DNA from: Marsupella aquatica
Taxonomy: Eukaryota; Plantae; Marchantiophyta
NCBI GenBank assembly: GCA_973895155.1
Contig: OZ316898.1
Span: forward strand, 12,799,659-12,863,658
Reading direction: 5' to 3'
DNA: 64,000 nucleotides
Shown here: positions 26,509 to 38,660 of the stretch, in pieces
How positions within the stretch are numbered: position 1 is the first letter of the stretch
Layout of the letters: each line of letters starts with the position of its first letter
Notes under the pieces: model-generated
Seen by the model: only the letters and a program-made list of their open reading frames with translations
Database searches by the model: none
What the model was told of the DNA's origin: nothing
Made by a program: the position numbers and the translations under genes

Positions 26509-29410
26509 ATGGCATCCAAGTTTGGAGGTGTCAAGTTTGAGGTGGAAAATATGATGGGCGCACAGATTATTTGCTATGGGAGAAGCAGGTTAAGGGAATT
26601 CTTCGTGCTATGGGCCTAGATCATCTGCTATCGACTCGGGAGGAGGAATCTAGCAGTGAGGAGGAGATCCCGTTGAGGAAATGGAGGCAAGAGCAAGTGA
26701 TTGCTGTGAATGCGGTTATGCTGTATCTGAAGCCGCATATCATTAAGAAGTTGGACGACTATGAGGATTGCGTATCCTTATTCAAGGCCCTCAGAGAGAA
26801 GTACTACCGAGAGGATGCCTCAGATCGGTTGTACAAGAAGTCTCTCTTGATGAGCTTGAGGCTAAAAGAAGGAGGCAAGCTTCGAGATCACTTGGAGGAA
26901 TTTGACAGCCTAGCTGTAGATTCATCAAATCTTGGCAAGGGAGTGGAAGATGAAGATAAGGCATTGCTTCTTCTCAGTTCCTTACCCCCATCGTATCAAG
27001 GTTTGAAGCAGGTTCTCTTGTATAGAGATCTCAAAACCATTTCATATGATGAGGTGGTAAGCTCTTTGTTGTCAGATGATGCACAGAAGAAACTAGGTCA
27101 TGTCCAGACACCATCTTCATCTGGCAGTGCATTGAATGTAAACCGCGGGAGGACTCAACAGCAGATGACTGGTGAAAACAGGTCCTTTTCACAAACGTAC
27201 CCCTCACGGAATAGAGGCAAGGAGAAGGCTCGGTCTAAGTCTAGATCCAGGTCTAGAGAGAAATCTCTAGAAAAGAAACCAATTATATGCTGGAAATATA
27301 ACAAGCCTGGCCACATGAAACGAGACTGTCGAGTCAAGCAGACTCATCAACCATCAGCGAACGCAGCCATTGATGTTGATATGATTGACTTGCTTGATGA
27401 TGAAATCTTGTGAAGTCGAGATGTTGCCCTTTGCATTTCATCCAGTAACAACGGTGATGAATGAATTTTAGATTGTGCCTGTACCTATCATATTTGTTGT
27501 ATGAAAGAGTTTTTTACTTCTTACTCAGTATCAACCGGTTCCGTGTTGATGGGGAATGATCATCCTTGTCAAATTGTTGGAATTGAATCCGTGAAAATTC
27601 GGATGTTTGATGGAGCTGTGCGAACAGTGAGTAATGTCAGACACATATCTGACATGAAAAAGAACTTGATTTCTCTTGGAATGCTGGAAGCAAATGGATG
27701 TCGGTGGAGTTCTGCTGATGGTATTCTTCAAGTGTCAACCGGAGGCAAGGTTGTCATGAAGGGTAAGCGGCACATGAATCTATATTTGTTGGAGGGCAAC
27801 GTGATTTGTGAAGAAGCCAATGTAACTAGATCTCAAGGCGAGATGACTCAGTTATGGCACTGCAGATTGGGACACATGAATGAAAAGGGTTTGGCGGTAC
27901 TTCGCAGGAAAAGACTTCTTTCTAATTTGGAATCTACTAAGCTAGATTTTTGTGAACACTGTGTGCTTGGGAAGCAGCACAGGAGAACCTTTGGTGTTGG
28001 AACTCACAATACCAAAGCTATACTTGAGTATGTACATAGTGATGTGTGGGGTCCAGCCCCAACTCCCTCACTTTCTGGAAAATTGTACTATGTTACGTTC
28101 ATTGATGATTACTCATGGTATGTGTGGATCACATTTCTACACGCCAAGTCTGAAGTTTTTGGCACTTTTAAGAAGTGGAAAGCCCAAATTGAGAATCAGA
28201 CTGGATCCAAGGTGAGATATCTGCGATCAGATAACGGCGGGGAGTACAGTTCAAGTGAGTTTGAACTATATTGTGCAGAGCAAGGGATTACTCGTCATCT
28301 CACGACAGTTTATACTCCTCAACAGAATGGTGTTTGTGAGCGGCTAAACCGAACACTATTGGAGCGATCGAGGAGTATGTTGAGCCAATCAGGTTTACCG
28401 CATGAATTTTGGGCTGAAGCTATAAATATGATAGCTTATTTGGTAAATCTTTCTCCTTCAAGTGCAATCAATTTCAAGACACCATTTGAAATGAGGTAAG
28501 GACGGCACGTAGACTATCAGGTTTTGAGAGTCTTTGGAAGTGATGCATATGCTCTCACACCTAAGCAGAATCGATCTAAACTAGATTCTACTTCCAAGAA
28601 GTGTCTTTTTCTTGGTTATCAACCAGGTGTGAAAGGTTATAGGCTATGGGATCCAGAAGCTTGTACGTTGCTTGTCAGTAGAGATGTATCCTTTAATGAA
28701 TCTAGATCATCAAAGGAGGGGGAGAATGCTCAGGCTTCCCGCACTGACAAAGGTAAATCTCCTATTCTGGACCATGTTGTGGGGGAGATTGGTCATGAGA
28801 ATTTTCATGACATAAATGAAGGGGGTGCTCCGAGAATGGAGCTGGTTCTGGTATTGGAACAAGAGGAGCAAGTTGTTGTTGGAATACCTCAAATTCAACC
28901 AACAGAACAAGATCAACCAGAATCATCAGCTAGAAAATCAAGACGTACTACTCGAGCTCCTACAAGGTATGGACAATGGACAGATTCATCAAGGTTAGAT
29001 GATGTTGACATTGCACCTGAAGATGATGACAGAGCACTGATCTTGGAAGAAGGAGAACCTTCTTCTTATCATGAGGCGTGCATTTTAGACGAGAAAGATG
29101 AATGGAATGCAGCGATGCAGAGGGAGTTGCAATCTTTAAGTGACAACAGAACATGGGAGCTGGTGCAACTGCCAAGTGATCAATAAGTGGTGGATAGCAA
29201 GTGGATTTACAAGCTGAAGGACAACTCTTCAGATGGAGGAGACAAGATATACAAGGCAAGGCTTGTTGCCAAGGGATTCACTCAAGAGAAGGGAGTGGAT
29301 TACAATGAGGTCTTCTATCCAGTTGCCAAGTATTCCACGATACAAATTTTGTGTCAACTTGTTGTGTTTTTTGATCTGGTGTTAGATCAAATGGATGTTG
29401 TTACTGCTTT
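26509..29410 (+). pseudogene. Outer copia gag-PR-IN-RT (5' part), disrupted
   Basis: ATG at 26509 (MASKFGGVKFEVE) with a frameshift near 26550. Stops at 27411, 27462, 28497 and 29184. LRSDNGGEY integrase and KARLVAKGFTQ RT motifs. Cut at QMDVVTA by the CACTA. Confidence 0.92.
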
Positions 29411-29456
29411 GTTTCTACTAGTGATCTGGTGTCACTAGTAGAAACCGGGGTGTTTT

Positions 29457-30075
29457 ATGACTAAGTTTTATGACTGCCCATGACTCCTTGTGACTAAAGT
29501 TTGGGGGGTATCAAGCCAATCGTAATTTTGACATAGCGTCTTATTTAAAGTGACTGAAATCGAGTGGTCAGCTATGTGACTAGGGTTTAAGACACATTTT
29601 GTGACTAATAACGACCAAATCCGTACTTGGGCATTTTGGAATTTGGAGAAGGTGTAGTTTTACAAATGACTGCAAAGTAGTCATTTGTATGACTCAAAAT
29701 GAGGTATGCATTAGTCACAAACAGTCAGTGAGGAAGAGTTTCCTTTCGCATATATGACTGGTGCTATGGTTCAATAATGGAACACAGGCGACTGATTATG
29801 ACTAGTTGGTCTTAAAAGTTTAGAGTGTATGGGCACATTAGTGACAGATGATGACTACAGATGACCAATCATCCTGAAAAATCTTAAGATTGGGCTAGAC
29901 TGGTTGGTCTTATTGGGGACCACGATGTAATATATCACGGTCATATCTTAATGACCCAAAATGACTCATTAGTCTAGTTCACAACTGCATTCTTTGACCC
30001 TTTTGGTCAAAATTTAGACTCGACCTAAGGCAATTGCAGCCTGCACATAGCACTAGAAACATGACTAATAGTCAA
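29457..30075. repeat. CACTA left subterminal repeats (TGACT/AGTCA)
   Basis: Dense TGACTA/TGACTG/TGACC motifs in both orientations, as expected for TnpA-binding subterminal regions. Confidence 0.75.
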
Positions 30076-30328
30076 CTCAAGCATACAAACATACATTCAA
30101 GCACTCAAGCATACAAGTACACAAGTCTTACATGAAAACATGAGAGACAACATAGTTCTATGCGAATCTTAGAACTCATATTAACTATTGAACATACATG
30201 CATAATTTCATACAAACTGTGGATGATCCAGTGAATGATCCAGTGAATCTCAATTCAACTCTGCATTATGAAATATCTAGGTAACATTTGGCACCAATCA
30301 TGCAGTTGTTTCTAAGTTTAGGCTAAAA

Positions 30329-33300
30329 CTACAAACCACACATTTCAGGTGTCCCTATGTAATCTGTTGGCCACAACACCAAAGAGTTCAGAGCATCTGC
30401 AATAATTGTCTGTGGCGGGTCATCATTCAAATTAGGAACTAGTAAAGGGGTCTTTGGCTTCACAAGCTTTGTCAACAACACTACATAATACCCTGTTGGT
30501 ACTTCTTTGCAATGAAATGTAATCTGCTCAGGGCGCAATTTTCCATACCCTACACACAACTCATTTTGCTGTGGTGAGAACAATACATACTCAGGATGTG
30601 CCTGAGTTTTCAATTCTGCATCAGCTTTATGCTTCTTTGTCGCTGCCACTCTACCACTTGCCCTGGCCCGACTCTTCACCTTCCGAATAGGACTCCCAGC
30701 AGCGGAAAGCTCTACTTCTACTCCACCGTCTGTGGTCACACCCTGTATGTCACCTGGCTGTGATGGAATTTGGGTCTCCACCTGGCCCTCCGTTTCGCAT
30801 CCATTCTCACCGGCTTTGGCAACTTCTATGAACTCTTCATATGAATCCAAACTGGGGGTATTCAGTACATTGGTAACCTCTGCAATAACAAAATAGCAAG
30901 TCAACAGCCTATCAGCATTTTTGCCTTATCTCCAATCATGGAAACATATAACAAAACACATTTTTTGCCTCATCTCCAATCATGGAAACATGATGAGAAA
31001 CCTCACCTTCCATTGCTGGGGCCATGGTACCCTCCACATCCCTTTCTATGGGCTCCACCTCCATTTGCTGTTCAATGTTACCCTCTGGATTCATCAAATT
31101 GGAGTAATGTGGCAGGTCTCTAGAACCTCCATTCCATATTGCATTCATTATACATTTGTATTGGTCTTCTTGCACACGAATAAGCTTCTGAACATCTTCC
31201 TTTAAAGCAGTCAACTCACTTGCCATTTCACTCAATTTCACGGTCACATCATTCTCATGAGACTCCATACATTTCACACGATCTGATAAATTGCTAAGAG
31301 AACATGATCCACCTCCCTGCAAACACATATGTCCAACAGAGTCAATCCATTACACCTGGTAAATAATATATGGTCCCATTGTTCATGCAAACTAGGGAAT
31401 GTGGACCTCAAAGAACACTATCTGGTATGAGTACTCACTTGGTTTGAAGGATCACTCTGGCCAGATTTTTGCTTCTGTTTTCTTGCTTCAGCTCTCACCT
31501 CTTCTTTTGTAGGGGACTGTCCATTTTGTGCCTTCTGCATACATCATATTTTCACACATTATTTGCTCGGACACAAAAAAACTCAAATACACTGTAGAAG
31601 CTAGGTCTGCCAATCCAACGATTATTCTTACCAGCTGCTCTACTATCGGAGCATTCCCTTTCCTTCCTGTCAAGTTAAGGTTCTGAACGTTGCCACGTGC
31701 ATATGCCATCTGGGAACTCTTACTTTTGCCGGATTCACTCAAGAAGTGATGGACTAGCTTGCTCCATTGAAGAGGATCTGTCAATGGGGGAGCAGGCATT
31801 CTTTGGTCCTCTCCACCTTCTTGAAACAATACGTGCAATCTCCACCTCTCATTCTTCAGAATTGTCTTCGCATGAGCCTGAAGACACTCCATGGCTACTC
31901 CATCCGGATGGCCCACATATTTCCATTTTGCGGCTACATTGTCAACAACTTGTTGCCAATCCGCTGGATGCTGCTGCACAAAATTCACCACACTCAAATC
32001 CAGCCATCGCAATATTTCACCTTTCAAGTCAACCAACCAACGATTCTTCCCTGCACATGCACTGTTCACCCAACGGTTGCTCCCAATGTCCACTACTCCT
32101 TTCTTGGTTCTGTCAGGTCCTGCATTGCTTTCTGTGGTACTACTTGGTGTGACAGGTTTAGGATTCGCTGGAACTTTTGTACTACCCTTTAGTGGACTTC
32201 TAATGCCCCCTGCATCATCCCACATCCATGTGACATCATACAATAGTAACATCAATACCTTTGTATATGTCAAATAGTGGATACCAATTGCAATCTAACT
32301 TGCAATGTGACCATCTTCACAGAATGCCCATCTCCAAGCCATGTGACCAACTTACCAGATGCTTTGCCGACACTCTGTGGATAAGAGGCAGGCTCAACTA
32401 CCTGTACATCTTCCCCACCAGCCAACCAATCAGGCTCTGGCCATTGCTCAGAACCATAGGCTACAGTTGTCCCTTGTCCTGCCTCTACTTCAGGTTCATA
32501 GTAAACCTCCTTGTCAGTTACTCCCCAATCAGGATGGACAGAATCTGCAGTCACATAATTCAGCACTTTAATTAGGTCTTTAACATCACACTAGCATACC
32601 CTTTATATATTTCCAAAGTAATTTACATAAATGCCAGAATTGAAGGGCAATCTCTACTCACATCTCCAATCGTCTCCTGTTGCTCCATACTGCTCAGTAT
32701 GTTGTGTTGGTCTACCTTGGCCCCGTGTAATGTGTGGTGGTGGTGGACCCGTAACATACACAGCAGTGTGCCCAGCAGGTGGTGGTGGCCCATACCCATC
32801 CACTTGTGGGGCTGCTCTCCCCTGAGAGGGTGCACTGTGTGTTGGTGGTGCGCCATACACCACAGTGTACCCCTCGCTGCGTGGGGTTGCTCTAACCTGA
32901 CCTGCACCTGTGCTGTGGGTATGTGTTGTTGCTCTACTTGCAAAGGAGGGTGGGATGTGCCCACCGTGTGGTGCAGCTCCATACACAATAGTGTGACCAC
33001 CTACACCAACAGTTGTTGTTCCATACCCACTGCTCTGTTGGGTTTTACATGGAGGTGGAGGTGGTATGTGCCCAGCACGCCCCATTGGTCCGGACCCACG
33101 TGCAATGTAATGCACTGTGCTTTGCCCTCCAGATGTTGTTGTACTGTGCCCACGGCCCATACCCCGAGCAGCAAGTCCACCTCTCTTAGCCTGCAAGAAC
33201 ATATGTGCAAGGACAATAAACCTAAAAGAAGTATCTTCCTTTGACTTGCCACACTCACATGAGCCAAACATATCACTACTATGATACACTACTTCAACAC

Positions 33301-33810
33301 TTCATTACCACAATTTTGTTGGGCTCCACAACATTATGCTTGCCCTGCACATATTCTTCATCATCTGCATCGGGCTCCTCCTCTGGATAGTACTCTACAT
33401 CATCAAATTCCTTATGGTTTTCACCGGACCCAACATCTTGCCCATCATCTGCAGAATCTGCCATCGATGGAATGTCCTTCACTGCTAGTCTCTCACTGCG
33501 TCGCCGAGGTCCACTTGCACTGTCACTGATGCTTTGCCTAGCCCTTTTCTGCACTACACTTCTCCTGTCTGGGAGCCTGCATGCCATCCAAAAGCAACAT
33601 CCATTGAACAACTCTAGTAAACATAGCTACATTCATTCCAATTAATGAGCAAAGTCTGGATAGGTTCTGTGGATGATAATTGTTCCCTTACAAAGCGAAA
33701 AATCCCTGTCTGAGCTCAGCTCCCAAAGCTGCCAGCCTCTCATCAACATATGCTGCACGTATCATGGCTTGCTTTTCAGACTCACTCATCTCATCATCAT
33801 CTTCTTCCAT
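30329..33810 (-). CDS. CACTA TnpA-like accessory protein (Ptta/En/Spm and Tnp1-like domains), about 8 exons, apparently intact
   Basis: Phase-consistent GT-AG exons: 33810-33692, 33576-33309, 33190-32662, ~32544-32356, ~32209-31633, ~31534-31439, ~31316-31006, ~30879-30329. QWSKLVHHFLSESGKSKSSQMAYARGNV...TGRKG resembles Transposase_24. C-terminal VGYGKL...FHCKEVPTGYYVV...TPLLVPN...LVLWP resembles the Tnp1/En/Spm-type domain. Confidence 0.75.
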
Positions 33811-33828
33811 CCTATTCAATGACAAACA

Positions 33829-36800
33829 TTATTGCATACGCATGGTGTCAGGCTCAGCCTCTACAAATGGCTCCTCACCCTCCCAAGCATCCACCCGTGT
33901 TAGAGGAACATACTCTGTGCTTGTCTGAACAGTACCAACGTCTCCAGTACGTGGTTGTTCAAATGCACTATGTCTATCTAAATGGAACTCTAGCTTTGAC
34001 CCTTCTACCCTACGATTTCTGGGCTGCTTATGACACACTACCCTCCAACCTGGGTTCTCTTCCACATCCAAGAAGAAGGCCTGCTCCACCTGACTGGGAT
34101 ACACAAAAGGCTGCTCCCATTCGGGCAACTTGGACTTGAAATTGGCAAGCAGAAAGCCATCCCGGTCTCTTTTCATACTGGCCCTGTTACCACGCCACAC
34201 TTGTCTTACCCATTCACCCTTCATCAAAATTACAGGAGTGGATGTGGCTCCATAGTCAAGAAGCCAGATATCACTTAGTTCTCCTACATACCCCATCTGC
34301 AACACTCCTCTACTTTCATCAGGGCTCTCATGCTGAAATACACAAATGAGCCCGCAATCATATGTTACCCTGGAAGAAGTTGTTTCATCTCTCACTCTAT
34401 AGTGATTGCCATATGCTGCCGTCCGTTTGTAAGACTTTACCAGCAACCGTGGAGGATTGGACAGGAGATAGACATCTGCATCCATATTAGGATGGCTTGC
34501 ATGATGCTCTCGAACTGTGCATCTCAGCCATTCTGACATGCATGGGAATGTGGCAGACGTGCTTGATTGAATAGCCTTTTGTGCCTCGTACTCTCTACAC
34601 ATACAAGTGCATGGATTTAGCAATCAGAGTACACATTTTATACATGTCTGCAATTTAGAAACCAAGGGTAGCAAAGAAAATTGAAAACAAGTTACATACA
34701 GGGAGACCAAAGTAGGTACTCACTCCAGCCAGGGTTGCATTGCATCAGTGTTTTCTAGAACGTACTGATGAGCCAAGTCTCTAATTTCGATGGTCAGCTT
34801 CACTGTGGTTGCAACACCTTGTAGGACTTCCCCAGACACCCCTTCTTCTTCATCAGAATTCCATACTCGCCTTGTCACATGCTCGTAATCTACTAGGTAC
34901 TCTGTGATGTAGCCCAGAGTTTCATCTTTTATATAACCCCGAGCCATACTTGCCTCTGGCCTATAGTAAGATCGCACATGACCCTTCATCAACTTCATGT
35001 ACCGCTCCAGGGGGTACAACCAGCGTGCTGTCACCGGCCCGTACTGGTCTATTTCTTCTACGACATGGATGAGCAGATGAGTCATTACATCAAAGAATGC
35101 AGGCGGGAAATATATTTCAAGATCACACAACAATAGTGCCACATATTTCTTCAATTGGGGAAACTGTGCAGCATCCCACACCTTCACACAAACTCTGCGG
35201 AACACATCACTCAGACGCAGTATAACTTTACGCACAGGCTCTTGCATGAGGCCCCTCAGGCACAATGGCAGGACTTGTTGCATCATGACATGGTAGTCAT
35301 GGGTTTTCATTCTACCAAATTGGAATTTGTTATCCTTCACATGCCTCTTGAATGCACTAGCATAATCTGTAGGAGCTCGGAGTGAACTCAGCCTTGATAA
35401 GAAGGTCTGCCACTCTGTGTCTGTGCAACAATATGGTGCTTGGTACTTCAAAAACACATTTGCCCTGCTCTGGTGTGTTGTAAGCCAAAGGTGGGGTTGA
35501 ATTCCCCTGTCCTATAGATCCATACGTACAGAGCCCGTGTCCTTTTCTCCACTCAAAAATCGGAGTAGACTCTCGCATATGTTCTTCTCTATGTGCATAA
35601 CATCAATATTATGTTTGTTTGGATCAAACTCCTGCAACTCCAAAACATCAAGCAGTGAGCAAATCCCAATCTTCATAATACATACATACTACTTCATACA
35701 ATCTAACAACTAAATTGACTGAATCACATATATGGGTTGTTGGGGAGAGGAGATTACTCGCCAATACTCCAGCTGCAAGTCCAAAATGGACTGTCGTTTC
35801 ACACCATACAACCTTGCAGGATCTCGTACTCCATCCTCTTCTCCTCCATCTGCATCATACTGTGCCTTGGCAGCCCCCCAAGAACTTATTTTCTCCTTCT
35901 TCACTCGAGGTGGGGGACTGCGGAGCTCCGTGCGCTTGTTAAAATGTGCTATAAGATTGGGTCTACGTCTGTAGGGGTGATCAGAGGGCAGAAATCGACG
36001 GTGATCAAGGTATTTGATACACTTCAAGGACTTTGAATAGTCACTTGTCACATGGGGGCCACATCTTGTGCAAGCTAAATATCCTTTCCCAACCTGGCCT
36101 GCAATCATGCTATGGGCAGGGTAATCTGCAATAGTCAACATTACAATAGCTCTAAGCAAGAATGGATTGGCTTCACCAATCCTCTGCAGCATATCATATG
36201 TGAGCACTCCAGTGTACCATAGCTTTCTCAGTTCCCCTACTAGAGGAGCAAGATAGACATCTATATTGGCTGCAACAGCACTGTCTGGCCCTGGAATCAA
36301 CAATGCCAACATTACAAAGAACCGCTTTGTAGTCAACCATGGGGGAAGGTTGTAATTCAAAAGGGTTACAGGCCAACAAGAGTACGCATTGTTCTTCTCA
36401 CCAAATGGGTTCACCCCATCCAATGATAACCCAAGCCTAACATTCCTTGTCTCCCTAGCAAACTCAGGATACACATCATCAATCAACTTCCATTGCTTTG
36501 AATCTCCAGCATGGCGTTGTAGCCCATCTCGACTTTTGTTTTTAGCTGTCCATGTCATCAACTCTGATATGGCACGGCTCCTGAACATTCGCTGCAGTCT
36601 GGGAATTATAGGAAAGTGACGGAGTACTTTTGCAGGTTGCTTGGACTTCCCATTGTTCCGGTACCGTCCTGTGCTTCCCACATGTAGGGCATGTCAACTT
36701 CTTCTGATGTTCGTTTCTGAAAAGAACATGCCCATCAGGACAGACATGTATTGACTCATAGTTCAGCCCAAGTTTTGATATCAGTCTCTTTGCCTCGTAC

Positions 36801-37579
36801 ATGTTTTTTGGCACTAGATTACCTCCTGGTAGCACTGTTTTTTGCAAGAAGGCCAGAACCTCGGACACAAAGATGTTTGGCACATTGTGGTTCCCACAAA
36901 TATTCAGAAACATTAGCACAAATGCTAATTTGGAACACTTGCTTCCTGGGAACAGCGGATTGAAGGCCTCCTGAACTTCGGTTGGGGAGCCAAACATGGT
37001 GTCCTCTCCAGCTGTAGCCTGTTGCCCAATCTCAAACTCATCTGAAGACTCGTGGTCATCACCCGGTGCGGTCTCAAACTCTTCTGCATCTTCCATGTCC
37101 TCCCGCATTGCATCCATATCCTGGAAAATATCCTGCACCATTTGCTGAACATTGATCCCTTCGTCTGCAGGCTGCTGAAGGACTTCAGACCCACCCAGTT
37201 GAGTCATCACATCTGCCAACCCACCAGTGAAGAACTGGTCTCGCCTTGCACTATTTGCATTCTCAAAGTCAGCCCTCCATTCCTCATCTGAAGAATCAGC
37301 CTCATTCGGATCGTTTGTAACACGCCAACGAGGGTGTCTCCCATGAATTGCCAAGTGCCCATGAATCTGCCTCAAGACTCTGGTGTGGGAGCCATTGCAT
37401 TGAGTGCAAGGACATCTCATTCGTGAACTTGGACCTGACCGTGCCACTTTGGCCTGTTCCCGATTCCAGAGCTTCTGGTCGTGTTGGGAAACCCTCATTG
37501 GATGATGTAGAGGCAACCTGGCAGATGTTGGATGGGTCCAAGGGGGAGGGTGACCTACGGACACTCTTCTAGACTCCAT
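33829..37579 (-). pseudogene. CACTA TnpD transposase (transposase-associated, Transposase_21, DUF4218 and DUF4216 domains); exons 37579-35758, 35631-34724, 34594-33829
   Basis: Motifs MRCPCTQC..HL..HG; IHVCPDGHVLF..CPTCG; LRHFPIIPRLQRMF; NVRLGLSLDGVNPF; YNLPPWL; DYPA; DVMHIEKN; HDYHV; FPPAFFDVMTHL; WLYPLERYM; EQPFVYPSQVEQ. Lesions: frameshift near 36665 and in-frame TAG at 35514-35512. Confidence 0.92.
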
Positions 37580-37966
37580 CTTAGAGTTCAGAACACAGGC
37601 ACTCAGATTTAATTGTCATTTCATTATGAAAGTGGAAAATACATTTCTTGTTTAGTTGTGTTCCGATGTTCACACTATCTACCAAAACATATGACATGAT
37701 ACAGTGTAATAAATCATGCATAGACTTTCTACAACCACCAACAAAAACAAGAAAGGTTCCTGAATCGTGTACCTATTCTCAGGTCACACTGTAACAAAAT
37801 TCCTAACTGTCTCAGGGTGTCACCTCCTTCGCTGTCCTCACTTATACTGCCTCAGTCTGCAATGGCCAACCAAGCACGTACATCCATGACCATATCAGAG
37901 TCCAATCACCTATAGTCATAGACAAACGTGCCTGGTGTGAGAGCAGTATGAGATCTCCTCACATTA

Positions 37967-38569
37967 TTACCAGAGTTCATCTGGATACCCACCCTGTTCT
38001 CGATGGTAGTCACACCTGAGGTACACTGGCATGTACATCAGGTCATCAAGGAGTATGCCCTGGGCATACCAGGGTGGGGTTCGATCTGTGCCTACAAGAA
38101 GTGGTTCTAATGCCCTCCACTGGGGGGAGCTAGCTACCAAGTCCCTCCATTGTGTGCTAATTAGTCTATATTTGCAAATGTCTTGTGCGGTTGACCACTG
38201 AAGAATTCTGGGCCACACATCCGACAACATTATATCATCTGGCAAACCAGGCAACAAGGAAGTCCCCACAACATTCTGCTCTTCAATTTCATCTGCTGAA
38301 AAATAAGATTCATCGTCTCTTGCATCCTCAAGCGGTGTTGAAATATGTTTCAACACCAACCCATGCAGGAGAGTCCAAACAGTGGCCAGCCATGTGGCAA
38401 CCCGGAGGAGGAGCCTACATAGCGCCTGTTGATGTAGGAAAGGCAACATACCCACCAAAGTCTGCCGCCAAGATTTGAGCCCACCCAGTAAGTTTACAGT
38501 GACACCCCCAGGCCCAGCAAGTAACCACAATCTGCCAATAGTAAAATAAGTCCAACTGCGACCAACCAT
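37967..38569 (-). CDS. CACTA cargo: F-box-domain protein with no recognisable substrate-binding domain
   Basis: LLPGLPDDIMLSDVWPRI...ICKYRLISTQWRDLV (about 38257-38114) fits the plant F-box pattern L.PGLPDD...R....W..L. True start uncertain. Confidence 0.7.
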   Translation of the reverse strand: MVGRSWTYFTIGRLWLLAGPGGVTVNLLGGLKSWRQTLVGMLPFLHQQALCRLLLRVATWLATVWTLLHGLVLKHISTPLEDARDDESYFSADEIEEQNVVGTSLLPGLPDDIMLSDVWPRILQWSTAQDICKYRLISTQWRDLVASSPQWRALEPLLVGTDRTPPWYAQGILLDDLMYMPVYLRCDYHREQGGYPDELW

Positions 38570-38660
38570 AACAAGCTATGTTAGTTCAAATATCACATTT
38601 ATTTCAAAGATGTGATTTGTACACAAAGCTTGTCTCAAAACTGATGCTACTACGTACTCC

